The notes: a model not told the origin generated them from the sequence alone. Positions 16,729 to 26,889 are shown, counted from the first letter of the stretch. The stretch is 32,000 bases of DNA from Candidatus Hermodarchaeota archaeon (GCA_048886185.1 JBHLKY010000025.1:21125-53124); one strand, 5' to 3'. Translations and numbers: made by a program.

Positions 16729-17892
16729 ATGAGTGAATCTTCAAGGTATTTAATACCAAATTTAGAGTTTCGAAAAAGAATTGTCCAAATGTCTCAAGAG
16801 AACCTCAATTTCTGTTATCAGTGTTCTAATTGTACTGGAATCTGTCCTTTAAATATGGTATCCTCATTTAACCCTAGGGAACTCATTCATTTAGGGCAAA
16901 TTGGTTTAGAATTAGAACATTCAGAGGTTGAGAAACTCTGGCGTTGTACAACATGTGCAGCTTGTGAAAGCATGTGTCCTAAAGAAGTAAAGATTATCGA
17001 TATAATTACAGCACATCGATCTCAAGCGGTAGAAATTGGGGAAAAAATTCCTTATACCTATACACAGACTTTACAATCTTTTTATACATATGGAAATCCA
17101 TTTAATTTAAGATCTGCCGAACGTGCCGATTGGGCAAAGGGTCTAGATGTACCTGTTGCGAAAAAAGGAACTGATATTCTTTACTTTGTTGGATGTACTG
17201 CATCTTACGATCCTAGATCTCAAAAAATAGCTCGTGCCTTATCAGCGATTTTTAAACATGCAAAACTGAATTTTGGTATCGCAGGTAAGGATGAAAGAGA
17301 ATGTGGCAATTGTATTAATTTTATGGGTGAATCATTATTAAGTGATTTTGAAAGGGAAAGAAATGAGAAAATAATTCAAGAAGTTCAGCCCTCAATTATC
17401 GTTACTACCTCACCCCATTCGTTTAACTTCTTTAAAACGAGGTATAATCTTCCAGAACATTCTAACGTGTATCATTACACTCAATTTTTAGATGAACTCA
17501 TAAAAGATGGCAGACTTGAACTAGAAAAATCGTTACCAGACACAACTGTAACTTACCATGATGCCTGTTATCTAGGAAGGCATAATGATGTTTATGATGA
17601 ACCTCGAAGAGTCTTAAAGGCGATTCCTGGTTTAAAATTGGTGGAAATGAAAAATAATCGTCAATTAGGCATATGTTGTGGCGGTGGAGGTGGAAATGTC
17701 TGGGCTGAAACTAATGTTGAAGAACGGCTTTCCATACCAAGACTGAATGAAGCACTAGAAGTAAATGCAACAATCTTGGCTTCAGCATGTTATTTCTGCT
17801 TAACAATGTTTGAAGATGCAAGAAAAGTGACAAATCATGAACAAGATATAGAAACGAAGGATATAGCTGAAATAGTTGCCGATGTTCTGTGA
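16729..17892 (+). CDS. hdrD: HdrD-like Fe-S oxidoreductase (2x[4Fe-4S] plus CCG domains)
   Basis: CYQCSNCTGICP, CTTCAACESMCP, GNPF, YFVGC, YHDACYLGR, ICCGGGGG, ACYFC. Confidence 0.85.
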   Translation: MSESSRYLIPNLEFRKRIVQMSQENLNFCYQCSNCTGICPLNMVSSFNPRELIHLGQIGLELEHSEVEKLWRCTTCAACESMCPKEVKIIDIITAHRSQAVEIGEKIPYTYTQTLQSFYTYGNPFNLRSAERADWAKGLDVPVAKKGTDILYFVGCTASYDPRSQKIARALSAIFKHAKLNFGIAGKDERECGNCINFMGESLLSDFERERNEKIIQEVQPSIIVTTSPHSFNFFKTRYNLPEHSNVYHYTQFLDELIKDGRLELEKSLPDTTVTYHDACYLGRHNDVYDEPRRVLKAIPGLKLVEMKNNRQLGICCGGGGGNVWAETNVEERLSIPRLNEALEVNATILASACYFCLTMFEDARKVTNHEQDIETKDIAEIVADVL

Positions 17893-17908
17893 TTTAAACT
17901 AAGAAGAG

Positions 17909-19897
17909 ATGATAATAATGGAAACTGGACGAATAGGAGTCTTTATTTGTCATTGTGGTACAAATATAGCTGGAAAAATATCTATTGAGAAATTAAAGAA
18001 TTTTGCTAAAACTCTTCCACACGTGGTAACTGCTAGTGATACCACATATACATGCAGTGAGGTAGGCCAGGCTTCGATTCAAGATGCTATTAGTGAACAT
18101 AAACTTACGCATGTTGTTGTAGCTGCATGTTCCCCAAGTATGCACGAAAAAACATTTCGTAGTACTATTGAAAAAAGTGGCCTGAATCCTTACATGTTAG
18201 CGATTGCTAATATCCGCGAAATGAACACTTGGGTTACTGAGGATTCAGAAGAAAGTTTAGAAAAGGCTAAAAAGATAGTAGCTGCGGCTGTGAGGAGAGT
18301 TATTAATCATGAAGCATTAGTGGAAGACAAGCTTGCTGTTACCCCACGAATTGTCGTTGTCGGTGCAGGTATTGCTGGAATAGAGGCCTCGCTCCAACTG
18401 GCAAACGCTGATAAGGAGGTTATTTTAGTTGAACGAGAGCCATCAATAGGTGGCCAAATGGCTCGATTTGATAAAACTTTTCCAACATTAGATTGTGCCT
18501 CATGTATTCTTACTCCAAAGATGGTTGAGGTTGGACAACATCCAAACATTAACCTAATGACCTATAGTGAAGTGGAGGATTTTTCAGGTGTTCCAGGTCA
18601 ATATAATGTTAAAATTCGAAAGAAAGGTAGATCCATTGATGAAGAATTATGTACAGGGTGCGGAATTTGTGAAGAGAAATGTCCTATTAAAAGAATACCA
18701 AGCGAGTTTTATATGGGACTTAGAAATAGAAAAGCTGTTTATCGGCCTTTTCCGCAAGCTGTACCCCAGTACCCTGTTATCGATCGGGAAAATTGCACCT
18801 ATTATTTAAAAGGGAAATGTAGGATATGTGAAAAGGAGTGTCCAACTGGAGCTATTGCTTTTGATCAAGAGGATACAATAGTAGAGATCGAAGCAGGAGC
18901 CATCATCTTAGCCACTGGTTATGAACCATACAATCCTTCAAACATTACCCAATATCGTTATGGAGAGTACGATAATGTTTTTCGAGAAATAGAAGTTGAG
19001 ACAATGCTTAATGCTTCTGGTCCGACTGGTGGTGAGTTTCTACTTCGAAAGGATGGACAGTTTACTGAGGAGTCCCCAAAATCCGTCGGAATTATTCATT
19101 GTGTTGGTTCAAGAGATGCGAACTATAATCCTTATTGTTCGCGAGTCTGTTGCATGTATTCTTTAAAATTTGCCCATTTAATTAAAGAACGAACCGATGC
19201 AGCGATATTCCAATTCTATATCGATATTAGAGCATTTGGTAAGGGTTATGAAGAGTTCTATGATCGTCTACAAAAGGAAGGAGTGGTTTTCATCCGAGGT
19301 AAACCTGGGAAGATTTTAAAAGATAAAGATAAACTTATTGTACAAGTAGAAGACTCTCTGTCTCAAAAAGCATTACATGTCCCAGTTGATGCAGTAATTC
19401 TAAGTAGTGCGATAGTAGCACGTCCTGATGCACGTCAAGTGGCAAGCATGTTTGGTATAGGATGTGGAGCTGAAGACTTTTTCCGAGAACTTCATCCAAA
19501 ATTAGCTCCTGTAGATACCCAAGTTGATGCAATATTTTTAGCGGGAGCGTGTCAGGGGCCAAAAGATATTCCTGATGCTGTTGCACAAGGGGCAGCTGCC
19601 GCAGCAGGAGCTCTAAGACTGATATCCCGTGGTCATATTGCGATTGAACCAACTATTGCATCAATAGACGAAGACCTATGCTCCAATTGTAAGATGTGTA
19701 TATCAATTTGCCCCTATGATGCTATTGCTGAAGATACAGAGAAAAAAGTTGCTGTTTTAACTGCATCCAAATGTAAAGGGTGTGGTCTCTGTCCTTCCAT
19801 ATGTCCCTCTGGCGCTATTCATCATGCGTTCTATTCCGATGAAGCAATTTTGTCAGAAATTAAAGGGATTATTGAAACAGCTCAGTTGAAAGGGTGA
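17909..19897 (+). CDS. hdrA: Heterodisulfide reductase subunit A
   Basis: IGVFICHCG, VVGAGIAG, DKTFPTLDCASC, inserted ferredoxin, HCVGSRD, YCSRVCCM, GPKDIPDAV, C-terminal CSNCKMCISIC and CKGCGLCPSIC. Confidence 0.96.
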   Translation: MIIMETGRIGVFICHCGTNIAGKISIEKLKNFAKTLPHVVTASDTTYTCSEVGQASIQDAISEHKLTHVVVAACSPSMHEKTFRSTIEKSGLNPYMLAIANIREMNTWVTEDSEESLEKAKKIVAAAVRRVINHEALVEDKLAVTPRIVVVGAGIAGIEASLQLANADKEVILVEREPSIGGQMARFDKTFPTLDCASCILTPKMVEVGQHPNINLMTYSEVEDFSGVPGQYNVKIRKKGRSIDEELCTGCGICEEKCPIKRIPSEFYMGLRNRKAVYRPFPQAVPQYPVIDRENCTYYLKGKCRICEKECPTGAIAFDQEDTIVEIEAGAIILATGYEPYNPSNITQYRYGEYDNVFREIEVETMLNASGPTGGEFLLRKDGQFTEESPKSVGIIHCVGSRDANYNPYCSRVCCMYSLKFAHLIKERTDAAIFQFYIDIRAFGKGYEEFYDRLQKEGVVFIRGKPGKILKDKDKLIVQVEDSLSQKALHVPVDAVILSSAIVARPDARQVASMFGIGCGAEDFFRELHPKLAPVDTQVDAIFLAGACQGPKDIPDAVAQGAAAAAGALRLISRGHIAIEPTIASIDEDLCSNCKMCISICPYDAIAEDTEKKVAVLTASKCKGCGLCPSICPSGAIHHAFYSDEAILSEIKGIIETAQLKG

Positions 19898-19903
19898 TAC
19901 AAG

Positions 19904-20362
19904 ATGAGTTCAGAAGAAACTAATGGTTTTAATCCAACTATTATAGGTTTTTACTGCCGGTGGTGCACCCATGCAGCCGCAGATCTAGCTGGAACCTCTC
20001 GAATTCCAGTTTCAGCAAATATCATTGGAATTCGCGTCCCATGTTCTGGCCGTGTTGACCCTACCTTCATTTTTGATGCATTTACTAAGGGTGCGGATGG
20101 TGTTCTAATTGGTGGGTGCCACCTTGGTGATTGCCATTATGAAGAAGGGAATTTTAGTGCTTTTAAGAGGACTAAAATCCTGCAAAAAGTAATACAAGAA
20201 TTCGGTATAGAACCTGAACGTGTACGCATTGAATGGATTTCTGCGTCCGAAGCCAATAAGTACCAAAAAACTCTCAAAGAGTTCACTGAAACAATTAAAG
20301 AGCTGGGACCCCTAAATTGGGATAAACATTTACAAGAAAGGGATTATGAAATATCAGTGTGA
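19904..20362 (+). CDS. mvhD: Methyl-viologen-reducing hydrogenase delta subunit ([2Fe-2S])
   Basis: GFYCRWC..AADLAG, RVPCSGRVDP, GADGVLIGGCHLGDCHY, WISASE. Confidence 0.96.
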   Translation: MSSEETNGFNPTIIGFYCRWCTHAAADLAGTSRIPVSANIIGIRVPCSGRVDPTFIFDAFTKGADGVLIGGCHLGDCHYEEGNFSAFKRTKILQKVIQEFGIEPERVRIEWISASEANKYQKTLKEFTETIKELGPLNWDKHLQERDYEISV

Positions 20363-21339
20363 CGGTGATTATGATGAGTGAAGAGAAAGCAAAAGTAGCA
20401 TTTTACTGGGCAGCCTCATGTGGAGGTTGTGAAATTGCTGTTTTAGACTTGGATGAAGCTGTACTTGATGTAGCTGCAAAAGCAGACATTGTTTTCTGGC
20501 CTGTTGCTGTAGATACAAAATATCATGATGTTGAAGCAATGGCAGATAACTCAATTGATGTTACATTTTTCAATGGAGGTATAAGAAATTCTGAAGCAGT
20601 ACATGTAGCCAAACTTCTGCGGAAAAAATCAAAATTTCTTGTAGCTTTTGGAACCTGTGCGCACTGCGGTGGGGTTCCTGCTCTTGCCAACTTTAAAACT
20701 AAAGACGCCATTTTCGAACGCGTTTATAAAACAACACCCAGTACAAATAATCCTGAAGGAATTTATCCTCAAACTTCTCATAAAACAAGAGAAGGAGAAG
20801 TAACGATTCCTAAATTTCTTGATGCTGTTTATCCTCTTGATGCAGTAGTTCCAGTCGACTATTATGTTCCTGGATGCCCTCCCCCTAAGAAATGGATCTT
20901 AGCTGGAGTGACAGCTTTCCTAACAGGAGAGCTTCCTCCAAAAGGGTCAGTTATTGCAGAAGAATATGCTCTCTGTAAAGAATGTCCAAGAGAAAAACCA
21001 GAAAAACATTCTGTGAAAGAATTCAAGAGAGTTTGGGAAGTGATGGACATTGATTTTCAGAAGTGCTTATTAGATCAAGGGATTATTTGTTTAGGACCTG
21101 CCACTCGTGGGGGTTGTGAAGCACGTTGTATAACAACAAACTATCCCTGTCGCGGATGCTTTGGACCAGCTCCTAAAATCATTGATATGGGTGCTAAAAT
21201 GATCAGTGTTTTAGGTTCTATCATTGATGAGAAAGATGAAACAAAAATGGAACAGATTGTCGAAGACATCCCAGATCTTGCTGGGACATTATATGAATTT
21301 ACTGCAGGAAGATCAGTTTTCTTAAGGAGGAAAAAGTGA
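20359..21339 (+). CDS. mvhG: Group 3c [NiFe] hydrogenase small subunit
   Basis: ASCGGCE, GTCAHCGG, VPGCPP, LCKECP, ICLGPATRGGCEARC, PCRGCFG. Confidence 0.95.
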   Translation: MTVIMMSEEKAKVAFYWAASCGGCEIAVLDLDEAVLDVAAKADIVFWPVAVDTKYHDVEAMADNSIDVTFFNGGIRNSEAVHVAKLLRKKSKFLVAFGTCAHCGGVPALANFKTKDAIFERVYKTTPSTNNPEGIYPQTSHKTREGEVTIPKFLDAVYPLDAVVPVDYYVPGCPPPKKWILAGVTAFLTGELPPKGSVIAEEYALCKECPREKPEKHSVKEFKRVWEVMDIDFQKCLLDQGIICLGPATRGGCEARCITTNYPCRGCFGPAPKIIDMGAKMISVLGSIIDEKDETKMEQIVEDIPDLAGTLYEFTAGRSVFLRRKK

Positions 21340-21340
21340 A

Positions 21341-22825
21341 ATGACTAATAACTACAAAAGTATCGTAATTGATCCAATTACTCGATTAGAGGGTCACGGT
21401 AAAATCCATATATTTCTGGATGAAGCAGGTAACGTTGCTAATGCCTATTTCCAAGTACCTGAACTTAGAGGTTTTGAAACCTTTTGTGAAGGGAGGTTGG
21501 TTGAGGAGATGCCGCGAATAACAACACGTATTTGTGGCGTTTGTCCAGGAGCACATCACATGGCTTCATCTAAGGCCTTAGATAAAGTTTTTAATGTTGA
21601 TCCCCCCGAACCCGCGAAAAAACTAAGAGAACTATATTACTGTGCTCACATGATCCACTCGCATATTGCGCATTTCTATGCATTAGGTGGTCCAGATTTC
21701 GTTGTTGGACCTTCTGCTCCTCCAGGAGAAAGAAATATTCTAGGGGTGGTAGCTAAGGTTGGACTTGAAATAGGTGGTGAGGTAATTAAACATCGTTCAT
21801 ATGCGCAACAAATTCAGGCAATAATAGCCGCGAATGCAGTGCTTCCTTGTGCTGGTGTTCCAGGTGGAATGCTGAAACCATTATCCGAAGAAGAACGTAC
21901 TCAAATCGAAGAATGGGCAAAGTCTACGGTAGAATTTTCTAAGTTTACAATCAAGATATTTAATGATGTCGTCTTGGGGAATGAAAATAACAAGGCGTTA
22001 GTACTGGATCCAGGTTACTATATGAAAAGCTATTATATGGGACTTGTTGATTCCAATAATCATGTAAATTTCTATGATGGACAGATCAGAGTTGTCGATC
22101 CTAATGGTAATGAATTTGCAAAATTTGAACCAGCAAATTACCTAGATCATGTTGAAGAGCGTCCACTTCCCTATTCTTATCTTAAGGCGGTTTATCTTAA
22201 AAATGTAGGTTGGAAAGGTCTCGTAGAAGGTGAAGATTCAGGAATATATCGTGTTGCCCCACTAGCTAGACTGAACACTGCAGACGGTATGGCAACTCCC
22301 TTGGCTAATGAAGAGTACAAGAAGATGATGGAAGTATTAGGAAAACCAGCTCATCATACTCTAGCAAATCACTGGGCTAGAGTAATCGAACAATTATATG
22401 CCAGTGAACGTCTTCTTGAATTAGTACAAGATCCTCAAATTACATCAACCAATATTCGTGCGGAACCCAATGAACCTGATGAAGGTGTGGGTGTTGTTGA
22501 AGCTCCAAGAGGTACTCTAATTCACCACTACAAAACTGACAAAAAGGGCGTTCTTTTGAAAGATGGGATTAATCTTATGGTAGCAACGTGCCATAACAAT
22601 GCACCTATCTGTATATCAATTAAAAAAGCAGCCCAACAATTTGTTAAGGGTCCTGAGGTGCAAGAAGGCATGTTGAATATGGTAGAAATGGCTTTCAGAG
22701 CGTATGATCCATGTTTTGCATGTGCTACTCACTCATTACCAGGAAAGATGCCTCTAGAAGCATTTATTTATGATACGAACAAGAAAGTTATCTGGAGAAA
22801 AGCACAAAACATTGGTCAACTCTAA
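21341..22825 (+). CDS. mvhA: Group 3c [NiFe] hydrogenase large subunit
   Basis: DPITRLEGH, L1 RICGVC, EAPRGTL, L2 RAYDPCFACATH followed by a 30-aa extension. Confidence 0.96.
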   Translation: MTNNYKSIVIDPITRLEGHGKIHIFLDEAGNVANAYFQVPELRGFETFCEGRLVEEMPRITTRICGVCPGAHHMASSKALDKVFNVDPPEPAKKLRELYYCAHMIHSHIAHFYALGGPDFVVGPSAPPGERNILGVVAKVGLEIGGEVIKHRSYAQQIQAIIAANAVLPCAGVPGGMLKPLSEEERTQIEEWAKSTVEFSKFTIKIFNDVVLGNENNKALVLDPGYYMKSYYMGLVDSNNHVNFYDGQIRVVDPNGNEFAKFEPANYLDHVEERPLPYSYLKAVYLKNVGWKGLVEGEDSGIYRVAPLARLNTADGMATPLANEEYKKMMEVLGKPAHHTLANHWARVIEQLYASERLLELVQDPQITSTNIRAEPNEPDEGVGVVEAPRGTLIHHYKTDKKGVLLKDGINLMVATCHNNAPICISIKKAAQQFVKGPEVQEGMLNMVEMAFRAYDPCFACATHSLPGKMPLEAFIYDTNKKVIWRKAQNIGQL

Positions 22826-22832
22826 CTACCCC

Positions 22833-22851
22833 TTTTCTCTTTTCTTTTTTT
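22833..22851 (+). terminator. Oligo-T (archaeal-type) terminator after mvhA
   Basis: TTTTCTCTTTTCTTTTTTT 7 nt after the mvhA stop, between convergent genes. Confidence 0.5.
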
Positions 22852-22875
22852 CAACATATTTTTATTCAAACTAGC

Positions 22876-24801
22876 TTATAGGTGTAATTCATAGCTGAAT
22901 TCTCCTCCGCTAAGCATTCCCTCTTCTTGAAATAGTTTAGCTAAAAATATGACATCACCATAAGTCACTTGAGGATACTCTATCTTAAGCAATAGGAATA
23001 TGTCTTCGATGCAAGAATTACCATCAGCTAAATTAAATAGTTCTAATATAATTCCCCCTAAATATTCTTTTGATAAAGCAAGGAGCTTTAGTTGTTTGAA
23101 ATCTGATCGTCTGTGTCTTATCAGGCGTGTATATGGAGTTGGACCCTCGTAATTCCGTTTGATTATCATTTTACCAATTTCTTCCTGTTTTTCTCCTTTA
23201 GAATTTAATCTTAATTGTTTATGGAGTGGATGGAAATAATTGCTTATTAATTCTGAATATTGGCTTATTTTTTCTTTAAGAGAACTTTCTGGGTCAAGTG
23301 AGAAGATACTCTCAATTCGCTTCAAAATTATCTTTTCGAATAATTCAAGTTGCTTTAATTTTTGGATTTCCAATAATTCATTTTGATTGTTTAAACTATG
23401 TTCATATCGAATAGCATCATTCATCCCCTCTAAAAACACATGCGACAATACTTCTTTCAGAAATTGAATATCAATCATAGTTAAGCCATAAGCCACTGAT
23501 CCTGCTATTGTACAAACGCTTCGACATTCCAAGGGGTCAACTTTATCTATGTTATCTGCATTACTATGATGAAAAGGATCCTCGTGGCTAAGCATAATAC
23601 TAGGAATGGAAAAATAACGATCATTAAAAATAAGATGATCACTCCCTCCTTCAAATGGTACTATTCTGTAATTAAAGAAATAATCTCGTCCATTAATTCT
23701 GTCCTCTAGCTTTTGGTTTGAAACACACTCAGCAGCGTACTTAAGAATGGCTCGAAGAAAGGTAGGTGTAGTAATGCTAGGGCAGCTTATTTTTAAAGGA
23801 GTATCAGTTTCACCAACCATATCCAGATTTAGAATAGTAATAATTTTTCTTTTACTGTAATAATCTTCATGTTTTTTTAACCATTGAACAGTTCCAAAAA
23901 ACTCTGGTACCCATAAAAACCGTAATGTGCGTTTTGGAGTCGATAAAATACCCAATTCAATCATTCTATTTAGGACTGAAACTAATTCAACGAGTGTTGC
24001 ACTGCCAGAGGCATTATCGTTTGCACTTGGAGAAGGATGACATAGATGAGAGATTAGGATGATTTCTTCTAATGGACGTTCTGATCCTGTTATCTTGGTT
24101 TCAAGAACATATAATTTACCTTTAGAGAATTGAGCATCGATCTTAAAACGGACTAGGACTTCTTTATCTTTCTCAAGATGTTCTTTGAGTTCAAGAGCTT
24201 GTCTATGTGATATGGAAAATCCTGATATTACATCTGTTAAATTTTCAGCAGACGGCCAGAATCCATCATATTGTACGGTATTCTTACCAATTTTTGTTGC
24301 TTTTTCAGAATCAGGATAGAGAATCAAACCCTTTACTCCATATTTTGATGCTAAAGGGAATACTGTTCTTGGACTCGCTGTGATTAATGCTATCTTCCCA
24401 TTAGCTTTTCGATAATCAGCCACATTATCCCCCTTTCCAATATCAATCAAAGGTGCCTCGAAATCTATAGATTTCGAATGCGTAATTACACTCATCGGAA
24501 TATCTATAAAGCGACATATTCTCTTTTTGACTGGTTTGGTTATCCAACATTCCCCAGATGAAATATCCCAAGACATTGGTGCAATCCAATCCCAACTTTT
24601 CAATTTTCCATCTGCAGGAAATTCATGCAAAGAAGTTTCTATTCCATTTTCTTTCAGTATTGATTGAATATAGTGGGTTGCTTTAAAGTATCCATTTGAA
24701 CCTTGAACTCGATTAAACTGAGAGATGCCTGAAATTGTATTCATAATTGAGTGAGGGGAAACTTCATCTGTAAAAATAGTAATTAATTGCTTAATATTCA
24801 T
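22876..24801 (-). CDS. M28-family aminopeptidase-like protein (DUF4910, PA-like insert, C-terminal wHTH-like)
   Basis: FNRVQGSNGY, SHLCHPSPSANDNASG, LWVPEFFG, LNLDMVG, GGSDHLIF, HHSNADNIDKVD. Confidence 0.8.
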   Translation of the reverse strand: MNIKQLITIFTDEVSPHSIMNTISGISQFNRVQGSNGYFKATHYIQSILKENGIETSLHEFPADGKLKSWDWIAPMSWDISSGECWITKPVKKRICRFIDIPMSVITHSKSIDFEAPLIDIGKGDNVADYRKANGKIALITASPRTVFPLASKYGVKGLILYPDSEKATKIGKNTVQYDGFWPSAENLTDVISGFSISHRQALELKEHLEKDKEVLVRFKIDAQFSKGKLYVLETKITGSERPLEEIILISHLCHPSPSANDNASGSATLVELVSVLNRMIELGILSTPKRTLRFLWVPEFFGTVQWLKKHEDYYSKRKIITILNLDMVGETDTPLKISCPSITTPTFLRAILKYAAECVSNQKLEDRINGRDYFFNYRIVPFEGGSDHLIFNDRYFSIPSIMLSHEDPFHHSNADNIDKVDPLECRSVCTIAGSVAYGLTMIDIQFLKEVLSHVFLEGMNDAIRYEHSLNNQNELLEIQKLKQLELFEKIILKRIESIFSLDPESSLKEKISQYSELISNYFHPLHKQLRLNSKGEKQEEIGKMIIKRNYEGPTPYTRLIRHRRSDFKQLKLLALSKEYLGGIILELFNLADGNSCIEDIFLLLKIEYPQVTYGDVIFLAKLFQEEGMLSGGEFSYELHL

Positions 24802-24824
24802 CTTGAATCCCGTTATAATTCAAA

Positions 24825-25352
24825 CTACTTGAGAGGATGATTTTCTTTTTCGTTTTTGTCATTATTTTTTAAGAATTGATTAATTTCCTCAAGAATCATT
24901 TTTTTTAGGGTGGGAATTTTAGCCATAGTTTCTTCTGAGACTTGATCAGAGATGTTTTCTTGGACAGGGATTTCTATGCCAATTATTTTGATCATTTTTG
25001 GCATCAATTCAGGTAGAGATTTTCTACCGATTTCTAAGGCAGTTGGAAAATTAATATCATGAGGAGAAGCCAAAAAAGTTGCTTTATTAAGATCTTCTGA
25101 TGTCAGTCTTAGAATTCGCTTTTTTAGAGAATTAGTTTCAATACTGTCGACAATAAGCACTTTATCGTACCCTAACATAGTTTCAAGAACTTGTAGGCCA
25201 CCTGTTGAGAGCTGTTTATAGTCAACGTCCGCAGGGCCTATTTTGGCCACTTCTCGAACGGCTATTATGCCTATGATGTCATCTCCAGCCAATTCATTAC
25301 CAATGCCTAATACTAGGATCTTAATATTAGAAACCTCTTCTTTATTTATTAT
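24825..25352 (-). CDS. Hydrogenase maturation protease (HybD/HyaD/FrhD-like), start extended to a non-canonical ATA
   Basis: The frame stays open upstream of the track start (TTG 25292) and supplies KILVLGIGNELAGDD; also LIVDSI and ASPHDINF. In-frame TAA at 25356-25358; no ATG/GTG/TTG before the motif. Confidence 0.82.
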   Translation of the reverse strand: MINKEEVSNIKILVLGIGNELAGDDIIGIIAVREVAKIGPADVDYKQLSTGGLQVLETMLGYDKVLIVDSIETNSLKKRILRLTSEDLNKATFLASPHDINFPTALEIGRKSLPELMPKMIKIIGIEIPVQENISDQVSEETMAKIPTLKKMILEEINQFLKNNDKNEKENHPLK

Positions 25353-25398
25353 TAATTAGTGATTATTGTCCTGAAAGGCATTGAAGTCTTTGTTGATT

Positions 25399-26889
25399 TC
25401 AATCTTTCCAGTAATCTTTAAGAATTTTCAATGCACAAGTGTATCCGGCATGAATTGCACCAGAGAATCCTCCTACACCTGACCAAGCAGATGCAAAGAA
25501 TAAATTATTTATTGGTGGTTTTCGAATAGCCCGTATTCTTGGTCCTGCCTGTTCGATGGTTTGAGCAAAGCCATATACACTTCCAGGATTACTTGTATAT
25601 CGTTTGATTGTTTTAGGAGTGGCTACTTCAGTATAGATTATAATTTCTCGAATTCCAGGAAAAGTCTTTTCAAGCCTTTCAATGAGAACATTTTGGACTA
25701 AATTCTTTTTTACTTGATATTCATCCTCACAAAGATTCTCCCAGTGTTCAAGATAATCTGTTGTAGTGATTACGCCCACATAACCTTCTTTAGTAAGATT
25801 AGAGTCGATGATACTATAATCGACAAAAACAAATCCTTTTTTTGAATAGTCATTTGATCTTTGGATAGAAGATATGTCTTTCAAGGTCAGATTCTTATCA
25901 TAAATGAAGGTTGAATAGTTCTTATTTCCAATAGAAGAAGGAGGTTGACTGAATGCGAGAAATACACACAATAATGAACAAGCAATCTCGAGAGAATTTA
26001 CATTGTGTTGATATTCAGTATCTAGGAATGCTTTACCCAATAATTTGTTTACTACATTAGGAATGGCCGCATTGGCTATAGTTACTTTACCAATAACTTG
26101 ATGCTCGAGTGTTTCTCTCTGGTTCTTCTTAATATATTTGACCCCAATTGCTGTATTATCTTTAATGATAATTTTTGTGACAAGATGATTACGAAAAATT
26201 TTACCTCCATTATCTATTATCACTTTCCCTAGATAATCTGAAAGAGATTGGGAGCCACCTTTAATATAGTGCCCACCCCCTTTAAAAAAACTCCCTTGAG
26301 GAGCAGAGAAAAAGACTAAAGACAATGTATAAGGATCATCCCCATAGTATCCTAAATTCGCTGACAATACTAATTTCAAGTCTTCATTTGATGTCAAGTC
26401 TTCTAGGTACTCCCCAACAGATGTGCTACTAAATTCCATCATTCGATTAATATTACCGAAAATACTGCAAATATCGCTAAAAAATGTTTTTATAGCTATC
26501 TCTTCTTTAGGAAAAACTTTTAGAAGGGATTTAATAGCTTCAGATACATCAAAAGGGACTACAACATCAATTCGACCATTTATAAAACGATAAAATTCTG
26601 GTAATCTAATAAAATCAACATTCTCAAACACTCCCAGATCAAGAAAATATTCCCTTTTTGGATCAAGCTCATCATCAAGCCCATTCATTTCGTGTAAGCC
26701 TACTTCAAATGTGACTTGTTTTCCTTCGATTTTCCTCTGAAAAGTGGTGGCACACCCCCCGATCTTGCTATGTTGTTCAATTAAAAAAATTTTTTTCCCT
26801 TCTTTAGCTAACTTTGCCCCAGCAGTTAATCCAGCTAAACCTGCGCCTATGATAATTACATCATGTTCCTGCATTCTTATCATTTCCAT
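25399..26889 (-). CDS. Phytoene desaturase/CrtI-like FAD-dependent oxidoreductase
   Basis: VIIIGAGLAGLTAG, EQHSKIGGCATTF, FEVGLH, YIKGGSQ, ATPKTIKRYT, GSVYGF, LFFASAW..GGFSGAI. Confidence 0.8.
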   Translation of the reverse strand: MEMIRMQEHDVIIIGAGLAGLTAGAKLAKEGKKIFLIEQHSKIGGCATTFQRKIEGKQVTFEVGLHEMNGLDDELDPKREYFLDLGVFENVDFIRLPEFYRFINGRIDVVVPFDVSEAIKSLLKVFPKEEIAIKTFFSDICSIFGNINRMMEFSSTSVGEYLEDLTSNEDLKLVLSANLGYYGDDPYTLSLVFFSAPQGSFFKGGGHYIKGGSQSLSDYLGKVIIDNGGKIFRNHLVTKIIIKDNTAIGVKYIKKNQRETLEHQVIGKVTIANAAIPNVVNKLLGKAFLDTEYQHNVNSLEIACSLLCVFLAFSQPPSSIGNKNYSTFIYDKNLTLKDISSIQRSNDYSKKGFVFVDYSIIDSNLTKEGYVGVITTTDYLEHWENLCEDEYQVKKNLVQNVLIERLEKTFPGIREIIIYTEVATPKTIKRYTSNPGSVYGFAQTIEQAGPRIRAIRKPPINNLFFASAWSGVGGFSGAIHAGYTCALKILKDYWKD

